From: Octopus vulgaris
Taxonomy: Eukaryota
Assembly (NCBI GenBank): GCA_951406725.2
Contig: OX597816.1
Coordinates: 27,466,001-27,530,000 of the forward strand
Reading direction: 5' to 3'
Length of the DNA: 64,000 nucleotides
A program made the position numbers and the translations under genes. Position 1 is the first letter of the stretch. The number at the start of each line of letters is the position of its first letter. Positions 12,930 through 27,722 of this stretch are shown piece by piece. Under the pieces are notes generated by a model. That model saw nothing but the letters and a program-made list of their open reading frames with translations. It made no database searches and had not been told where the DNA came from.

Positions 12930-13262
12930 AGAGAGAGAAAGAGAGAGAGAGAGAGAGGAAGTAAGGGAGAGAGCAAGCGGAAGAGAGAGAGAGCAAGGGA
13001 GAGAGAGAGAGAGAGAGAGAGAGCAAGGGAGAGAGAGAGAGCAAGGGAGAGAGAGAGACAGGAAAACAAGAGAGAAAGAGGAAGAGAGGGAGAGATCAAG
13101 AGGAAGAGAGAGCAAGGGAGAAAGCAAGAGAGAGAGGAGGAGAGGAAGAGAGCAAGGGAAAGAGCAAGAGAGAGAGAGAGAGGAAGAGAGCAAGAGAGCA
13201 AGAGGAAGAGAGAGCAAAGGAGAGAGTAAGAGAGAGAGAGAGAGAGAGAGAGAAAGAGGGAG
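12930..13262. repeat. Degenerate (GA)n polypurine tract with recurring gagcaaggga units
   Basis: Read directly from the sequence. Confidence 0.9.
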
Positions 13263-13844
13263 GTGTAAATAAATGTGGTTCTGATGATGGTGGTAGGAGT
13301 CGAGCAACGAAAGATGAAAGAAATATAACAAAGGTGAAAGAAGAAAGGTAATGGCGAATGAAAATAGCCAGACATAAGATAGGGAAGGAGAAGAAGGAGG
13401 AGGAGGTGAAGAATGACTAAATTTGGTGATGGTGGGAGGAGGAATATATGTGTGTGTGTGTGTGTATGTGAGAGAGAGGGAGAGGGAGAAAGAGAAGTTA
13501 TAGGAATAAGAGGAAAGAAGGAAGTATTAAGAAGTGTGAACTACGTATGTGGCGGGATTGACAAAGATGGAGATGGGAGAGTGAAGTAACAGTAAAAAAA
13601 CGGGTGGGATATGTAAGTGTGAGTGTGCATGTGTGTGAGTGTGCATGTGTGTGTGTGTGTGCGCGTGTGTGTGAGTGTGTGATGTTGAATATGTGTTGAA
13701 TATGTGGTGAACTGGATAAACAAAAATAGATGGATTGGATTGGTAGGTGGGTAAGTTGATAAGATACACATTCTGAAACGCAAGAATTTACCAAGACAAA
13801 GACACATACGCTCATACACCACTACCCTGCATATACACTCACAC

Positions 13845-13903
<59 letters not shown>

Positions 13904-14036
13904 TAAATATTCACGAGTAGACAGCAACAACTGATGAAGGGTCGTTTTTTTGTGTTACTTGCCCCGTTTTCCATTTTTTCTCTCGTTGTTTGCACATTTA
14001 ACTCGTTTGTTTTCCTACTTCATGTTGTTTACAGCT

Positions 14037-14200
14037 GGTGACGTATCCAGCTGTGTTGTAAGTAGCTTGCTTCCCTACCACATGATTCCGGGTTCAGTCC
14101 CACTGCGTGGCACCTTTGGCCAAGTGTCTTCTACTATAGCCTCGGGTCGACCAAAGCCTTGTGAGTGGATTTTGGGAGACGAAACTGAAAGAAGTACGTC

Positions 14201-14269
<69 letters not shown>

Positions 14270-14284
14270 TTATATATATATATG

Positions 14285-14351
<67 letters not shown>

Positions 14352-14620
14352 TTGTGTGTATGTGTGTGTGTCTGTATGTGTGTGAGTATGTGTATGTGTG
14401 TGTGTGTGTGTGTTTATCCCTCACCATCGTTTGACAACCGATGCTGGTGTGTTTATGTCTCCGTAACCTATCGGTTCGTCAAAAGCGACCGATAGAATAA
14501 ATACCAGATTTACAAAAATAGTTCCTGGGGTTGATTTCTTCGACTGAAACCCTTTAAGGTAGTGCTTCAGCATGGCCGCTCACAAATGATTGAAACAAGT
14601 AAAAGAATGAAAGAATAAAA
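14037..14620 (+). mobile_element. tRNA/CORE-type SINE with internal (TA)n(TG)n
   Basis: ggttcagtcccactgcgtggcacctttggccaagtgtcttctactatagcc...microsatellite...gcatggccgc...gaaacaagtaaaagaat. Confidence 0.85.
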
Positions 14621-16203
14621 TATTCAAAACTGAAAACTTTTGCAAGATAAAAAATGAACATAATAATTAGGGAGTCAAAATTAACGTTCAATAATATTTA
14701 AAACTATATTTTAGAATTATACGTCAACAATTATTTGTTGAACGTCTATCATAGTTACATTTCCTTCATACTGCTCGGACTCTGCGTTAACTTACATCTA
14801 GTGTTTTGAGCTAACACGATCTATCAAATCTGCTCTGAACAATTTATTATCAACTTATCATATAGCGTAATTTTTTATCATGCATATCTTTTCATAATTA
14901 TCCCTATATATAGATTATTACTTATGTATTAATATACTGAGCATGTTTGTATATATATGCCTAGGTCTGTACGCCTATGTATTTATATATGTACTTATAT
15001 GTTAGTAAACATGTAATAGAGGTAATATTTTTTTTTAATTAGAAGTGTCTCTTCTATTCTCAAGCTCCCAAAGTTTTTTCTGCAAATATGCTTGAGGCTT
15101 ATTCACACCCGTAAGAAATCCACTGACTGTACTTTTTTCATGGAGAAAAGTTTTCACTGAAGACAAATAGGTGTACGTACATCGAGTCAGATCACAGCGC
15201 CTCGTAACGAGACTGTTGGATGCAATCAGTTCGGAGTGGTTATCTCATCTTCACCAACAAAGACACGAAAGGTCGATACTGTGATATGACACGAGAGACA
15301 GGTCCTTCTTATGACATGCCTGTCATGGTTCAAAGACTGGCTGTGATCTGAAATTCATGCATCCAACGGTTTCAGTCGTGTCCAAAAAGGGTCAGTTTAT
15401 GTACGATTTCCGTTCACTAGTCAGCAAGCGAGGAAGTCCATGTCTCGAACATGAATTTTCTCGCATGAGGGTACATTTTAAACATCTCACTTTTGGAATT
15501 TAAGAAGACTCCCCCCGCCCAGATCAAGCGATTTTTTAAGGATCCTTTCCCTCTCGGTCAAACAAAGTTTACATCGTCTGCTCCTGTTCAGTTGTAGCTC
15601 CATGCGGTTCCAGAGGCTTCCAATAAATTATGTATGGCATTCCCTCTTCTTTTAACGTGATATGTAGTGGTCAAAAGACGTAACTTTGTTCAAGAGGGCT
15701 TGTGGTTATTTAGGTAGTAGTTTAAAGGGACCCACCATTGTTCCAACATATTTCTATGTATGTGTTGTTGGTACTGCTGCTTTTGTTGTTGCTGTTGCTT
15801 TCAATGCCGTTGCTGTCATCACTGCGGGATGCATTTATGGTGATGCTGCTATCACTTCCTTTGCTGCTGTTACTGAAGTAAACTATCTCCGGAACCATTC
15901 AAAGGAGATAACTCTGTCTCGCTCAGAAGGGATTTTCACTTCAAACAATTACGTTCCAGGATTTTTTTCACAACCTTGCTAACATAGACTGTTTTCTTAC
16001 CTCTATTAGTAAAGTGGTTATGTATCTCCGGCCAGCAGATCTGATAAGTCGCCTATATTGCTAAGAGTAATAATAAACGTGAAACTTTCTGACCGACTAT
16101 AACCAACACCTACATATGTATATATATTTATTAAAGTAATAAAGTTAACGTCTGGTCATAGAGTGACCAATATTTCGCATCCACGTAGGCTGTAACCTCA
16201 CGG

Positions 16204-16393
<190 letters not shown>

Positions 16394-17456
16394 GATCCGT
16401 TCAGGGTAAGCACCCAAATGCATTGGAATACTCGATGCAGGGTTCTAATCAACCATAACGGTGAAAAATACATAGGAACTAGTAATATAAACTTGTGTTT
16501 CTCTTAATCTCCCACCTCTATCTCGCTCATACACATACACAGGCATACACTCATATAAATATACATGTTTCAACCAATTTGGTTGAATAAACAATGAATG
16601 TTTGAAGTCACACTCAAGACAAATTTTAGATTAAATGTTGGCTCTGTTCTTAGTATTGAGTCTCTCAAAGAAAGCAATAGAAAAAGAATAGACTGCTATT
16701 TATTTGTTGATGAAATTTCACGATCACTTCTGCATCGCCTCGTTTTTCAAACTGTGAAGCGATATTGCCTGAAAATTTTGTTAATACACGATATACGCAT
16801 ATGAAGCTAGACACATAACCAAATAGATGTAAGGAAAAAGGAAGAAAGAGAACGGAAAGTAAAATAAAGACGGAGGGAAATAGGAAACTGTTAATTTATT
16901 CATCTGTCCACCCTACATAAAGTTATATTGACAGATAAATTAAGAGACAGCGAGATTGACTGAATGACAAACAGATACATCAAATAATGAACACATAAAA
17001 AAAGAAGCGGTGTTAATGTCAAAACAGCAACAGTGGTAACAGACTGTGGAATATAAAATATAAATGTAAAGATGAAGTGTAAGAGATTTAATGAAACTAG
17101 TGGAAAGCGTGAGGAGCCTGCTTAATGTGAATGTAAATTATTCAATCATTGTCAAGAGCTGTCACTTTAATAAAGACTAAAACATTTTTGATATTACTCT
17201 TGTTATTTAACCAGTCTTCTCACACCATTTATATGCTAACTAAAATTCCTCTATATATTTCTATGTTGATGTTGGAGATTTTGTTGGTGTCGATAAGTGT
17301 TGTCTTATAGTTTTGCATTGCTTTTTCTCCCGTGTACTCTTTAATATCGACAAAACAAGTCGTCATGTGCGTTCCGGTTGCAGAAGCAACGACTACTCCA
17401 GAACTAAATTTATGTCTTCACATATGTTTGTTTAACTCTGTTCCATATTTATCATG

Positions 17457-17609
17457 TAGCTATGTGGTAAGTAGCTTGCTTACCAACCATATGGTTCTGG
17501 GTTCAGTCCCACTGCATGGTATCTTGGGCAAGTGTATTCTACTATAGCCTCGGGCCGACTAAAGCTTTGTGAATGGATTTGGTAAACGGAAACTGAGAAA
17601 AGCCTGCCG

Positions 17610-17694
<85 letters not shown>

Positions 17695-17952
17695 AGACGG
17701 AAACTGAAAAAAGCCTGTCGTATATATGTATATATATATATATATGTGTCTGTGTTTGTACCCCCCAGCATCGCTTGACGACCGATGCTGGTGTGTTTAC
17801 GTCCCCGTAACTTAGCGGTTCGGTAAAAGAGCCCGATAGAATAAGCACTAGGCTTCCAAAGAATAAGTCCCGGGGTCGATTTGCCCGACTAAAAGCGGTG
17901 CTCCAACATGGCCGCAGTCAAATGACTGAAACAAGTAAAAGAGTAAAAGAGT
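17457..17952 (+). mobile_element. tRNA/CORE-type SINE with internal microsatellite and internal duplication
   Basis: Full head-to-tail copy with tail (gtaaaaga)n. The segment acggaaactga.aaaagcctg.cgtatatatgtat occurs twice around the (TA)/(TG) tract. Confidence 0.85.
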
Positions 17953-18670
17953 TAAAAAGGCTAATGTCGCAGCTCAAAGTGTACTATTGTTAAGCATTTA
18001 TCGAGCATTTTGTGGTATTAAGACTCAGGTTGAATATACTGAAATGCAGTTATGTTGAACACATATGTGCGTGAGTGTGTGTAATGTGTGTGTGTGCGCC
18101 CAGGTGCGTGCGTAGTGGGTGTCAGTTGTCACTGAGCGATTCTTCTCGATTCTCTGGAAACGAGAACAATCATTTGGGGGCAATGAACAAGGATTATATG
18201 CCCCCTTACTCGCATTTGTGATTCAATACATTATTGACCACATAATTGGCCAGTTTTCGTTTATGTGCTACTGTATGTGTGTGTGTTAGTGTGTGTGCGT
18301 AAATGTGTGTGTGTGTGTGCATGTGTGAATCTGTGTGTGTATGTGCGCGTGTGTGTGTGTGTATGTTTGCAGATTACTAGATTAAAAGTGATTAAAATTG
18401 ACAGTCTTGCCCCGGCCTGAGTTATACACTTCTGTAACAATAGACAGCTTCCGATACCACTACATAACCTGAATCAGCCAATGAGAAGGAGGCTTATATA
18501 ACATTCAATGACAATCGACTCTGCCTGGAAGGTGCCAAAGCCTTTTCACACAAAACCTAGAATCTGAACGAATACGCTTTGAAACTGAAAGTAATGCGAT
18601 TCTGGTTGTCAGACTGCGAATGCAAAATGGATATAAATTTTACGAGTGGAGTACTCTTCTTTCGGTTGTA

Positions 18671-18950
18671 TTCTTGTAAGCCTAGTACTTATTTTATTGG
18701 TCTCTTTTGCCGAACCGCTAGGTTACGGGGACGTAAACACACCAGCATCGGTTGTCAAGCGATGCTGGGGTGACAAACACAGACACACAAACATATACAC
18801 ACACATACATACATATATATATATATATACGACGGGCTTTTTTCAGTTTCCGTCTACCAAATCCACTTACAAGGCTTTGGTCGGCTCGAGGCTATAGTAG
18901 AAGACACTGAACCCAGAACCATATAGTTGGTAAGCAAGTTACTTACACAC
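18671..18950 (-). mobile_element. Same SINE family, 3'-truncated, with 21-bp TSD
   Basis: Direct repeat agtactcttctttcggttgta at 18650-18670 and 18951-18971. Confidence 0.8.
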
Positions 18951-19131
18951 AGTACTCTTCTTTCGGTTGTACACATAAAGCGCGTTCGCTCACACACACA
19001 CACATTCGCACGTGTGTGTGTGTGCGCGCGCGTGCTTGCGTGCGTAGGGGCAGCTTATTTTTAGTAATGAAATATCGCGAATCACCATTTTACAATGGTG
19101 TAAACAGTTGAATTTACAAGCATCACATCTA

Positions 19132-20338
19132 TATTGGTTGTCAGGTTAATTCGTTCGTTTCTTCTTTTCTATTTATTTCAGTCTTTATTTTTGATAAACA
19201 ATTTTAACACAATCAGTCGATAATATACTCTACTTCATTGTTCACGATCTCTTGTTAATGTTTCTTTAATTTGTTAATACTTTAATGGCTGAAATCATCG
19301 GGACTTGACATGAAGAATTCCTCGAGCCACAATTTTCAGCTCCGCGTTTTTGCTGAACGAAATACCTCGTATTCTATTGAAAAGCGACCGGAAAAGGTAA
19401 TAGTTTGCAGGCTCTAAATCAGAATATGGTGGGTGCAGTAGAACTTCTCAACTGAACACTTGAATAGCATTGGTCCAATTAGCAACATAGGGGTAAGTAT
19501 TGTGTTGAAGAAGCACGCCATGTCGTCACTCGGGTTATTTCAGGTTGCTACGTTGAGCAAGTGTATTTGTTAAACATAAGGCACTGTATTGTAAGTGTTG
19601 TGGTGTTTTTCAAACCCATTATATTATAACGTATATTGTAGCCTTGCACGGATGCATTGCTGTTTGAAATTTTTTGTTTGTGTTTCATTGGCTTGTTCAG
19701 ATCTATTAGGGTCTTGCATGGACGAAGCTCTGTTTAAAATATCTGCTTGTCCCTTCGAGTAGCTTGGTGTTGAATGAGCAAACTGGCGGTGATAGTGGTG
19801 TACTGGAGTTTATTGAATTTGGAACCAATGATCAAGATTTTGGAAATTGCCTATCGACTGAAGATGACGGGCGACGGCATCACGAGAGCACACCATCTAC
19901 TTGGTTCATTCCTTAGTGGAATGATGCGAATCCTCGTGGATGAGCTTGTCCTATCGATCTTCATTGAAATGAACACGTCGGCCGAAACACAGAAAATTTG
20001 TGAGATCGAATTTTCCTACCTTGAACCGTGAAAACAACGCCTGTGCAGTTCATTCAATAATAGCACGTTCTTAATATGCAGCACAAATACCTCGAAAGGC
20101 ATTGGCAGATTGAAACCTTGACTGAAAACGAACAGAAGCACGTGGTGAATATGGTCGCATTTTTCTACTTCACTGAAAAGAGATAAAATTTATTCACATT
20201 TCAAACACGATAAACAAAAGTTGTTGAGAAATAATAGAGCCAGAAAAAAATCCCACTTCCCTAAAACACTACGATAAAGATATTTTTCGAGTTCATTTAT
20301 TGTAAGAAAAACGAGCGAATTTATCTGACAACCTAGTA
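19132..20338 (-). mobile_element. Decayed, approximately full-length mariner element (~1.2 kb)
   Basis: Imperfect TIRs tattggttgtcaggttaattcgttcgttt and tactaggttgtcagataaattcgctcgttt. Minus-strand remnants DHIHHVLLFVFSQG (N-terminus) and LHPPYS-DLEPANYYLF (YSPDLAP motif). Confidence 0.75.
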
Positions 20339-20387
<49 letters not shown>

Positions 20388-20458
20388 CATGTATATATGT
20401 GTATATAATACACCACACACATACATAATATGTGTATATACATACACCACACACATAC

Positions 20459-20492
<34 letters not shown>

Positions 20493-20589
20493 GTATGTGT
20501 GTGGTATACGTATATACACATATATACATTATATATATGTATATATATTGTGTATGTGTGTGGTGTATGTATATATACATATATACATG

Positions 20590-20633
<44 letters not shown>

Positions 20634-21485
20634 AAAACTACCAAAACATCCTATATTTCTTCCAACTATAGAGTACTGGAATAATTAAAGATATCAGTAA
20701 ATGGATTCTCCCCTCTATTTGGAAAAAATATAACCATGATAGATTCTCAGATTTTCCTATGACGTTAACAGTGTAAGAGGAAAACCTGCCACCTTTGAAT
20801 TGAAGTCTCTCAATTAACACCAATTTATGACTGATATATTTTAGAGGAATAGAACGAAGTGAATAGAAAGGAACATAAGAAGAAAACAAACATAATAAAC
20901 ATATCAAAACAAAACTATAAAAACAAACAAACAATAATAGCTAAGATGGAATCCTCGTTCCAGGTCTCTACATAAAACATTTCACTGATAAATTATGATA
21001 CCGTTTCTCCATGGCTGATTGGATTTCATTTAATTCTTTGGAAATATCCATAGAATATAGCTTTGATTTCCGTTTCTTGCACAAGAAACGGAAACAGTTT
21101 TATACTGGACAAGACATGTCCATTTACCATCCTGTCACTTTCAAAAGAAGAAACGATCTATTATATTTCTATAATCGATCTAGTCTTGAGGGTGAGATGA
21201 AGGGGGGAATAACAGGGGGTGGTGGTGAAAGTTGGGATTTAAAAAAAAACAAACAAGTAAACAATATCAGAGAATTCATTGCAAAAGTTTAGCCACGAAA
21301 ATGGTAAATTTATTTAAAAACAAATTTGAATAATGTTATTTGCAATGCATTAAGTGTGTGTATGTGTGTGTGTATGTGCGTATGTGTGCGTGTGTGTGTG
21401 TGTATTTATGTATGCATATATATATATATTGTGTATGTATGCTTGTATATATGTACAAATATATAAATATATATATATGACTGTA

Positions 21486-21524
<39 letters not shown>

Positions 21525-22084
21525 GCACACACACACACACGCACACATGTACACACAGGCGCGCACGTATAAGATACAGAAATTGTAAACAAAAGCATCA
21601 AATTTCTCCCAGGAGGGAAATATTTTGCAATGTTACTAAGGTGTATTTTTAAGAAAAGATATTCAACTATTAGTCACGTTTTATGAAAATATCGCCCCCT
21701 TTATTCCTTTGAAACGAAAATAATAATAAACAAATATTTTCAGCAAATTATACAATAATATCATAATGTTTTAGTCTTTTAAATGGGACTTTGGTCATAA
21801 ACTATTGAGAAATGTTTGTTTCTGTGCGATCACGTTCGAATATTTAATGTAGTGGAGAATCAATTAATATACTACAAGGAACTTAAAAGGGAAAGACATT
21901 ACTGCTCTATGTTCAGTGTTGGATAACTGGTGTTGTTGGGGAAAAAGGCTCTGATATTGCATTTCGGAATTTTGTGGCTTACTCTAGGTAACAACGCATT
22001 TGTAACATTTTATGGAATGGGGGAAATTCCCCAGCTGTTTTTCACTCTCGTGTGTTGTGTACGTGTGCAAACATCTATATATAC

Positions 22085-22137
<53 letters not shown>

Positions 22138-22299
22138 TATATATATATATATACATATAACCATATTATAAATGCATGCATACACACAGACACACACAGA
22201 CACACACAGACACACACACACACATATATTTGTGTGTCTGTGTGCATGTGTACCATATATATATATACCCATAGATACATGCGTACCTGACACACACAC

Positions 22300-22374
<75 letters not shown>

Positions 22375-22744
22375 CACACACATATATAATGCATACACGT
22401 CAGATACATGTATATGTTGATTTATATCTGAGTGATTGCGTCCAAATGGATATATATATATATATATATATAGTTGAAATTTACAGAAAAAAATGACGAT
22501 GACAGGTGTATAAACAACAAAGCAGGTGCATTAGTTTGACTCTTGGGAAATATATATATATCTTTATGATTGTACATGTTTAATTATTATGTATAAGAGT
22601 ATGTGTAGGCACTTTTTGACTGCAATTTATCTCCTCTCTAGATTGTGCTCCGTTTAACGAGCAGGCTATAAAAAATATACATTTTCTCTATGCATTTTCT
22701 CATTGATTCTATGCATATTCCCTCTTCGTGAGTAGTTTCCTGGA

Positions 22745-23165
22745 TCGTTATACAACGATCTTCCATGACTGTTCGACGAACCATCGCAATCGGTTCCTCG
22801 TTTCCACATGTGGTTGGCTTGCCGGAGCGTTTGCCTGAGATTTTTCAAGCCTTATTTGAAGTGGTGGTAACACTTCTTGATTTGAGTTTTGCCCATGGTA
22901 CCATCGGTAAACGCCCTGCTGAATCTTCTGGATGGTTTGAGCTTGAGCATCACCAAGCTTTTGGCAAAACTTGATGCAATGTCTCTGCTCGATGTGTTCG
23001 GTGAAAACGAAAACCCGACGAGCGCGCACTACACTCTAGATGTAACAGTTAGGAACGTACGCGCAGGAAAGTTGGCATCGCCTCTCACCTAGAGGATTTT
23101 ACCCACGCAGCGTTAGTTTTGGAGGGAAAAAAATAAAGTCATATACTTTTTGAACGCACCTCGTA
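22745..23165 (-). mobile_element. Mariner 5' fragment (TIR + transposase N-terminus)
   Basis: TIR-like tacgaggtgcgttcaaaaagta. Translation IEQRHCIKFCQKLGDAQAQTIQKIQQ is a typical mariner HTH start. Confidence 0.75.
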
Positions 23166-23238
23166 TGCATGTCTAAAATCGTACCCCTTTAATTGCGATA
23201 ACAGGGTGTGATTTACGAGAGTATTGTCTGCTATTTCT

Positions 23239-23654
23239 TTTTTTTTTTACTGCCCACAAGGGGCTAAACATAGAGGGGACAAACAAGAACAGACAAAGGA
23301 ATTAAGTCGATTACATAGACCCCAGTGCGTAACTGGTACTTAATTTATCGACTCCAAAAGGACGAAAGGCAAAGTCGACCTCGGCGGAATTTGAACTCAG
23401 AACGTAACGGCAGACGAAATACCTATTTCTTTACTACCCACAAGGGGATAAACATAGACAGGACAAACAAGGACAGACAAACGGATTAAGTCGATTATAT
23501 CGACCCCAGTGCGTAACTGGTACTTAATTTATCGACCTCGAAAGGATGTAAAGCAAATCGACCTCGGCGGAATTTGAACTCAGAACGTAGCGGCAGACGA
23601 AATACCGCTGAGCATTTTACCTGGCGTGCAAACGTTTCTGCCAGCTCGCCGCCT
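23239..23654 (-). mobile_element. Meta-like SINE tandem dimer, 15-bp TSD
   Basis: Two ~185-bp units. TSD ttgtctgctatttct at 23224-23238 and 23655-23669. Confidence 0.85.
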
Positions 23655-24844
23655 TTGTCTGCTATTTCTATCAAGTGAAGTTACCTCGCAGAAAAGAAAA
23701 ACTAATAATTTCCCAGTACCTCATGTTAATGATTTTAAATGCCGCTGAAAATTATTTTATACATTGTTCTTTGAATGAAGCATTCTTGAGTAAAACATTT
23801 CATTTCACTTAGCTGTTAAAAATAAGTAATCCAGCGGCAGACCAGTGTCCCAACCAGTGAGGAATATATTCACGAGAGAAACCAGGAAACTGGACCTATG
23901 CCCCTTACGAAGTAATGTGGACTAGCCATTAAAGAAATATATATATACCAGTAATACACTCTCCCCTCTTTCTTTAGCACAGCTTGCTAGTATTTATTAC
24001 TTTCTTTAGGAACTTCGTATCACATATCATTGTGTAAGTGTTGTGTGTATGCATGTTTGGCGTATGTATGTATGTATGTGAACCTTGTATGTGCATATGC
24101 ATGCTGTGTGCATTTGTGCTTTGTGCATGTAGGTAATGTGTGTATATACTGAATGTGTATATGGGAGTTAAGTGTGTTTATGGGTTTGTGAGTATGTGTG
24201 TGTATGTGTAAGTGTATCTCTGAGAATACGCCTATATATGTATACGAGCAAACCCCCCCCCCGTCCAATGGACGATGCTGAGTTGTCAAACATTTAAACC
24301 AAATTTTCTCAAAACAACTTGTCCGACCGTCTCATAGGCCTCCCCTTTGAGAAACACTGATTTAACCTAAATTTGAGACACCAGCAAAAGAAGAAATAAA
24401 GATAGGCTTTTTTTCTATTCCAGAGAAAAACGATTTTATTCACACAAATATGCAGCCAAAGAGTTTAAAGTACCAGTAATGATAAGGCTGTTGACTGGGA
24501 GAACGCAAACATGGTTTAAATAGTAAGCTTGGCAGGAAAGAAACGTACCTTTAAGCAGTACAAAAACAACAAAAATGGGAGGTGCAGTTATTTCCAGGTT
24601 GACGGAAGAAAAGCAGGACAAAAAAGATGCATGCAAATGGGTTAGCTGTAGGTAAATCTAGATGGAAAAGCATGATGAATTTATGAGAACGTACCTGGGA
24701 CAATAATAAGTTTATCTGATAAAACATCTAAGAAATCAACTTGGGGCGATTTTTGATGAAAAGCAACAATCTAGGGAACTAAGTAACTAATTTTAAGCTA
24801 ACTTACTTTACAGGATATTCAAGGGCATGGAAAAGTTAGTGGCA

Positions 24845-25055
24845 ACAGCTGATGTACTTGCGCGTACAAATGCACGCTCCCACGGCTTTAGCGATCGCAT
24901 TCTCACCTGGAATCGATTTTTGTAATTTTTTCAAGACTTATACACGTTCTGATACCGTGGGTATCTATATTCCAGATTTGAGCGCAATAGGATTGAGGAT
25001 GCCCGAGATCCTAGAAGACACACACACAGACAGACAGAACGGATTTTATATAATA
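24845..25055 (+). mobile_element. Possible non-autonomous Helitron/Helentron-like relic
   Basis: Ends in ccagatttgagcgcaatagg...acacacagacagacagaacggattttatataata, which resembles Lep1/DINE-type ends. Recognised by resemblance only. Confidence 0.3.
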
Positions 25056-25069
25056 CATATCTACGTGCT

Positions 25070-25437
25070 CGATCGAATGTATGTGTGTGCATGTTTGTGT
25101 ATTTGTATATGTATGAATTTGCACCATACATAAACACATGTATTCCAATGCGTATACGTGTGTATGTGTAGGTGTATATCAGTATGCTTATATGGATGTG
25201 TAAGTCTGTACTTGTGTACTCATACATAAGTGTGTGTGTATATATATACGTTTGTATACATTTATGTTCATGTGGGCACACATGGAGGTATATATGTACA
25301 TGTGCATATGTATTTCAAGAGAAATATATCCAAACAGCATATAAACGTACATGTGTACGTCTATGCGTGTGTGTGTGTGTGTGTGTGCCAACGCACATTT
25401 ATGTGCGTGTATCTGTATACATACATACATACATTCA

Positions 25438-25473
<36 letters not shown>

Positions 25474-25599
25474 TACATTCATATATACATACATACATAC
25501 ATTCATACATACATACATTCATAATTACATACGTACATACATACATACATACATACATACATACATACATACATACATACATACATACATACATACATT

Positions 25600-25631
<32 letters not shown>

Positions 25632-25745
25632 CATACATTCATACAAACATACATATATACATACATACATGCATACATACATTCATACATACATTCATAC
25701 ATACGTACATTCATACATACATACACACACACACATATATATATG
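25070..25745. repeat. Degenerate (TG)/(TA) and (CATA)n array
   Basis: Read directly from the sequence. Confidence 0.9.
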
Positions 25746-26734
25746 GTTGCTTGTGTGTGGATGTATGTAATATACATATCAATGCAAATATGTTACTGAG
25801 TATGCACAACTATATATGTGTCCGCGTGTATTTTTGAAAATAAATATAAAAAGTGTGTGTGCTTTTATTAACATGTAGATCTATTTGCAAGTATGTATGT
25901 ACGTAGGTATGCTTGTGTGTACGAGCGTGTGTGAATACGTCTATGCGTATGTGGGTTGGTAAAGCGATACCCTAAAAAAATATACTCGATCTGCATTTTA
26001 ACTTTCTTTCCTGAACTCTCAAAGATAATTTCTTTTCGCGGATAATTTTTCTTCAGAAATTATCTGCAGTCACGGGAGCTTAAAAGCTCTTTACGTGCAT
26101 TCTCATATCAAAATGATTAAGTAAGCAGATCCCGGAAGTTGTTTGAGAATCGAAAGAGAAAGACTGTTGCTATACAGCCTGGCAGATAGTTTCGCGGCAG
26201 CCATTTTCCTGGTGAATCCAGTACGAGTTACTGACAGGAAGTAAACTCAATATAATGATTGTTTTATAGTGAAACCTCTCACTGTTTCGTTGCCAATTAA
26301 ATCAGTTATGACTATTCATGCCCAAATATATTTTGAGCAGAGTCTATTATGATATACATTAGAGATTAGAGTGAAGCAAAGAGAACTGGGTGAGTAAGGT
26401 TTGAAGGTGAATGGCTTGTAAGTATTATCTATTTTTAGATGTGATTATGGTAATATAATAAAGATAATATTAATAATAGTAAATATGATGACAAGGATAA
26501 TGATGATGATGATGACGATGACGACGATAAGAAGAAGAGAAAAAGAATACTAATGTGACAGATATATATATATATATATATACATATATATATCAGTATA
26601 TAAGGTGTATGTAGTTATATGCGGTATATAGAATGTATTTGTGTATATGTAAGATATGTGTAATAAATATTACATACACAACTCATCCTGCTTGTTTCAG
26701 AAACAGTAATATGTTTTTTCTGCTCTGGCGCGCA

Positions 26735-26796
<62 letters not shown>

Positions 26797-27338
26797 TTCT
26801 AAAAGGGGTTGAGAGATTCGAAGGATTGTCAGGCCATGTTTACAGGAGATGGGGTTTGAGTCCCACTGTCAGCATTCAACTTTTTCTGTTTAAAGGGTTT
26901 TTAACCCAATATTTGCACGCTACTATGTATAGCTTTAATTGCGTCTAGATCCATTATACCAAAAAGAATTGTTTTTTTACATTATCGCAAAAGACAAAAA
27001 TTCTAATGACGTCAGCAATACACGTACACTCCAATGATAGCTTAGATGACCGAAGTCACTAGTAATACTATTCTTGGTAAAGAATAATATCTTTTTTACA
27101 AACAACTTGCAGAGGCAAGTGCTACCTGTTGGATGTTTCACATACTGGATGTTAACAAGCGTATGTGGTCATCAGGATAGATTGCGCGCTGTTTCAGCTC
27201 CCTCACCGAAATGAGGCCCCGCTCGCTAGATCAACTGATTACTAGGTTTCGCTCAGTATTCTTCTAGCTATCTTTTTGTTGTTATTCCTGTGTGCTTCCT
27301 TGTTGCTGTTGTTATTTAGTTATTATGATGGTGGTTGC

Positions 27339-27516
27339 TCTTTTACTCTTTTACTTGTTTCAGTCATTTGACTGCGGCCATGCTGGAGCACCGCCTTTGG
27401 TCGAGCAAATCGCCCCCTGGACTTATTCTTTGTAAGCCTAGTACTTATTCTATCGGTGTCTTTTGCCGAACCGCTAAACACACCAGCATTGGTTGTCAAG
27501 CGATGTTGGGGGTCAA

Positions 27517-27571
<55 letters not shown>

Positions 27572-27722
27572 ACACACACACACATACACACACATACACA
27601 CATATATATACATATACATATATACGACGGGCTTCTTTCAGTTTCCGTCTACCAAATCCACTCACAAGGCTTTGGTCGGCCCGAGGCTATAGTAGAAGAC
27701 ACTTGCCCAAGGTGCCACGCAA
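27339..27722 (-). mobile_element. tRNA/CORE-type SINE with internal (CA)n, 5'-truncated
   Basis: Reverse complement of the 17457 family. Confidence 0.85.
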
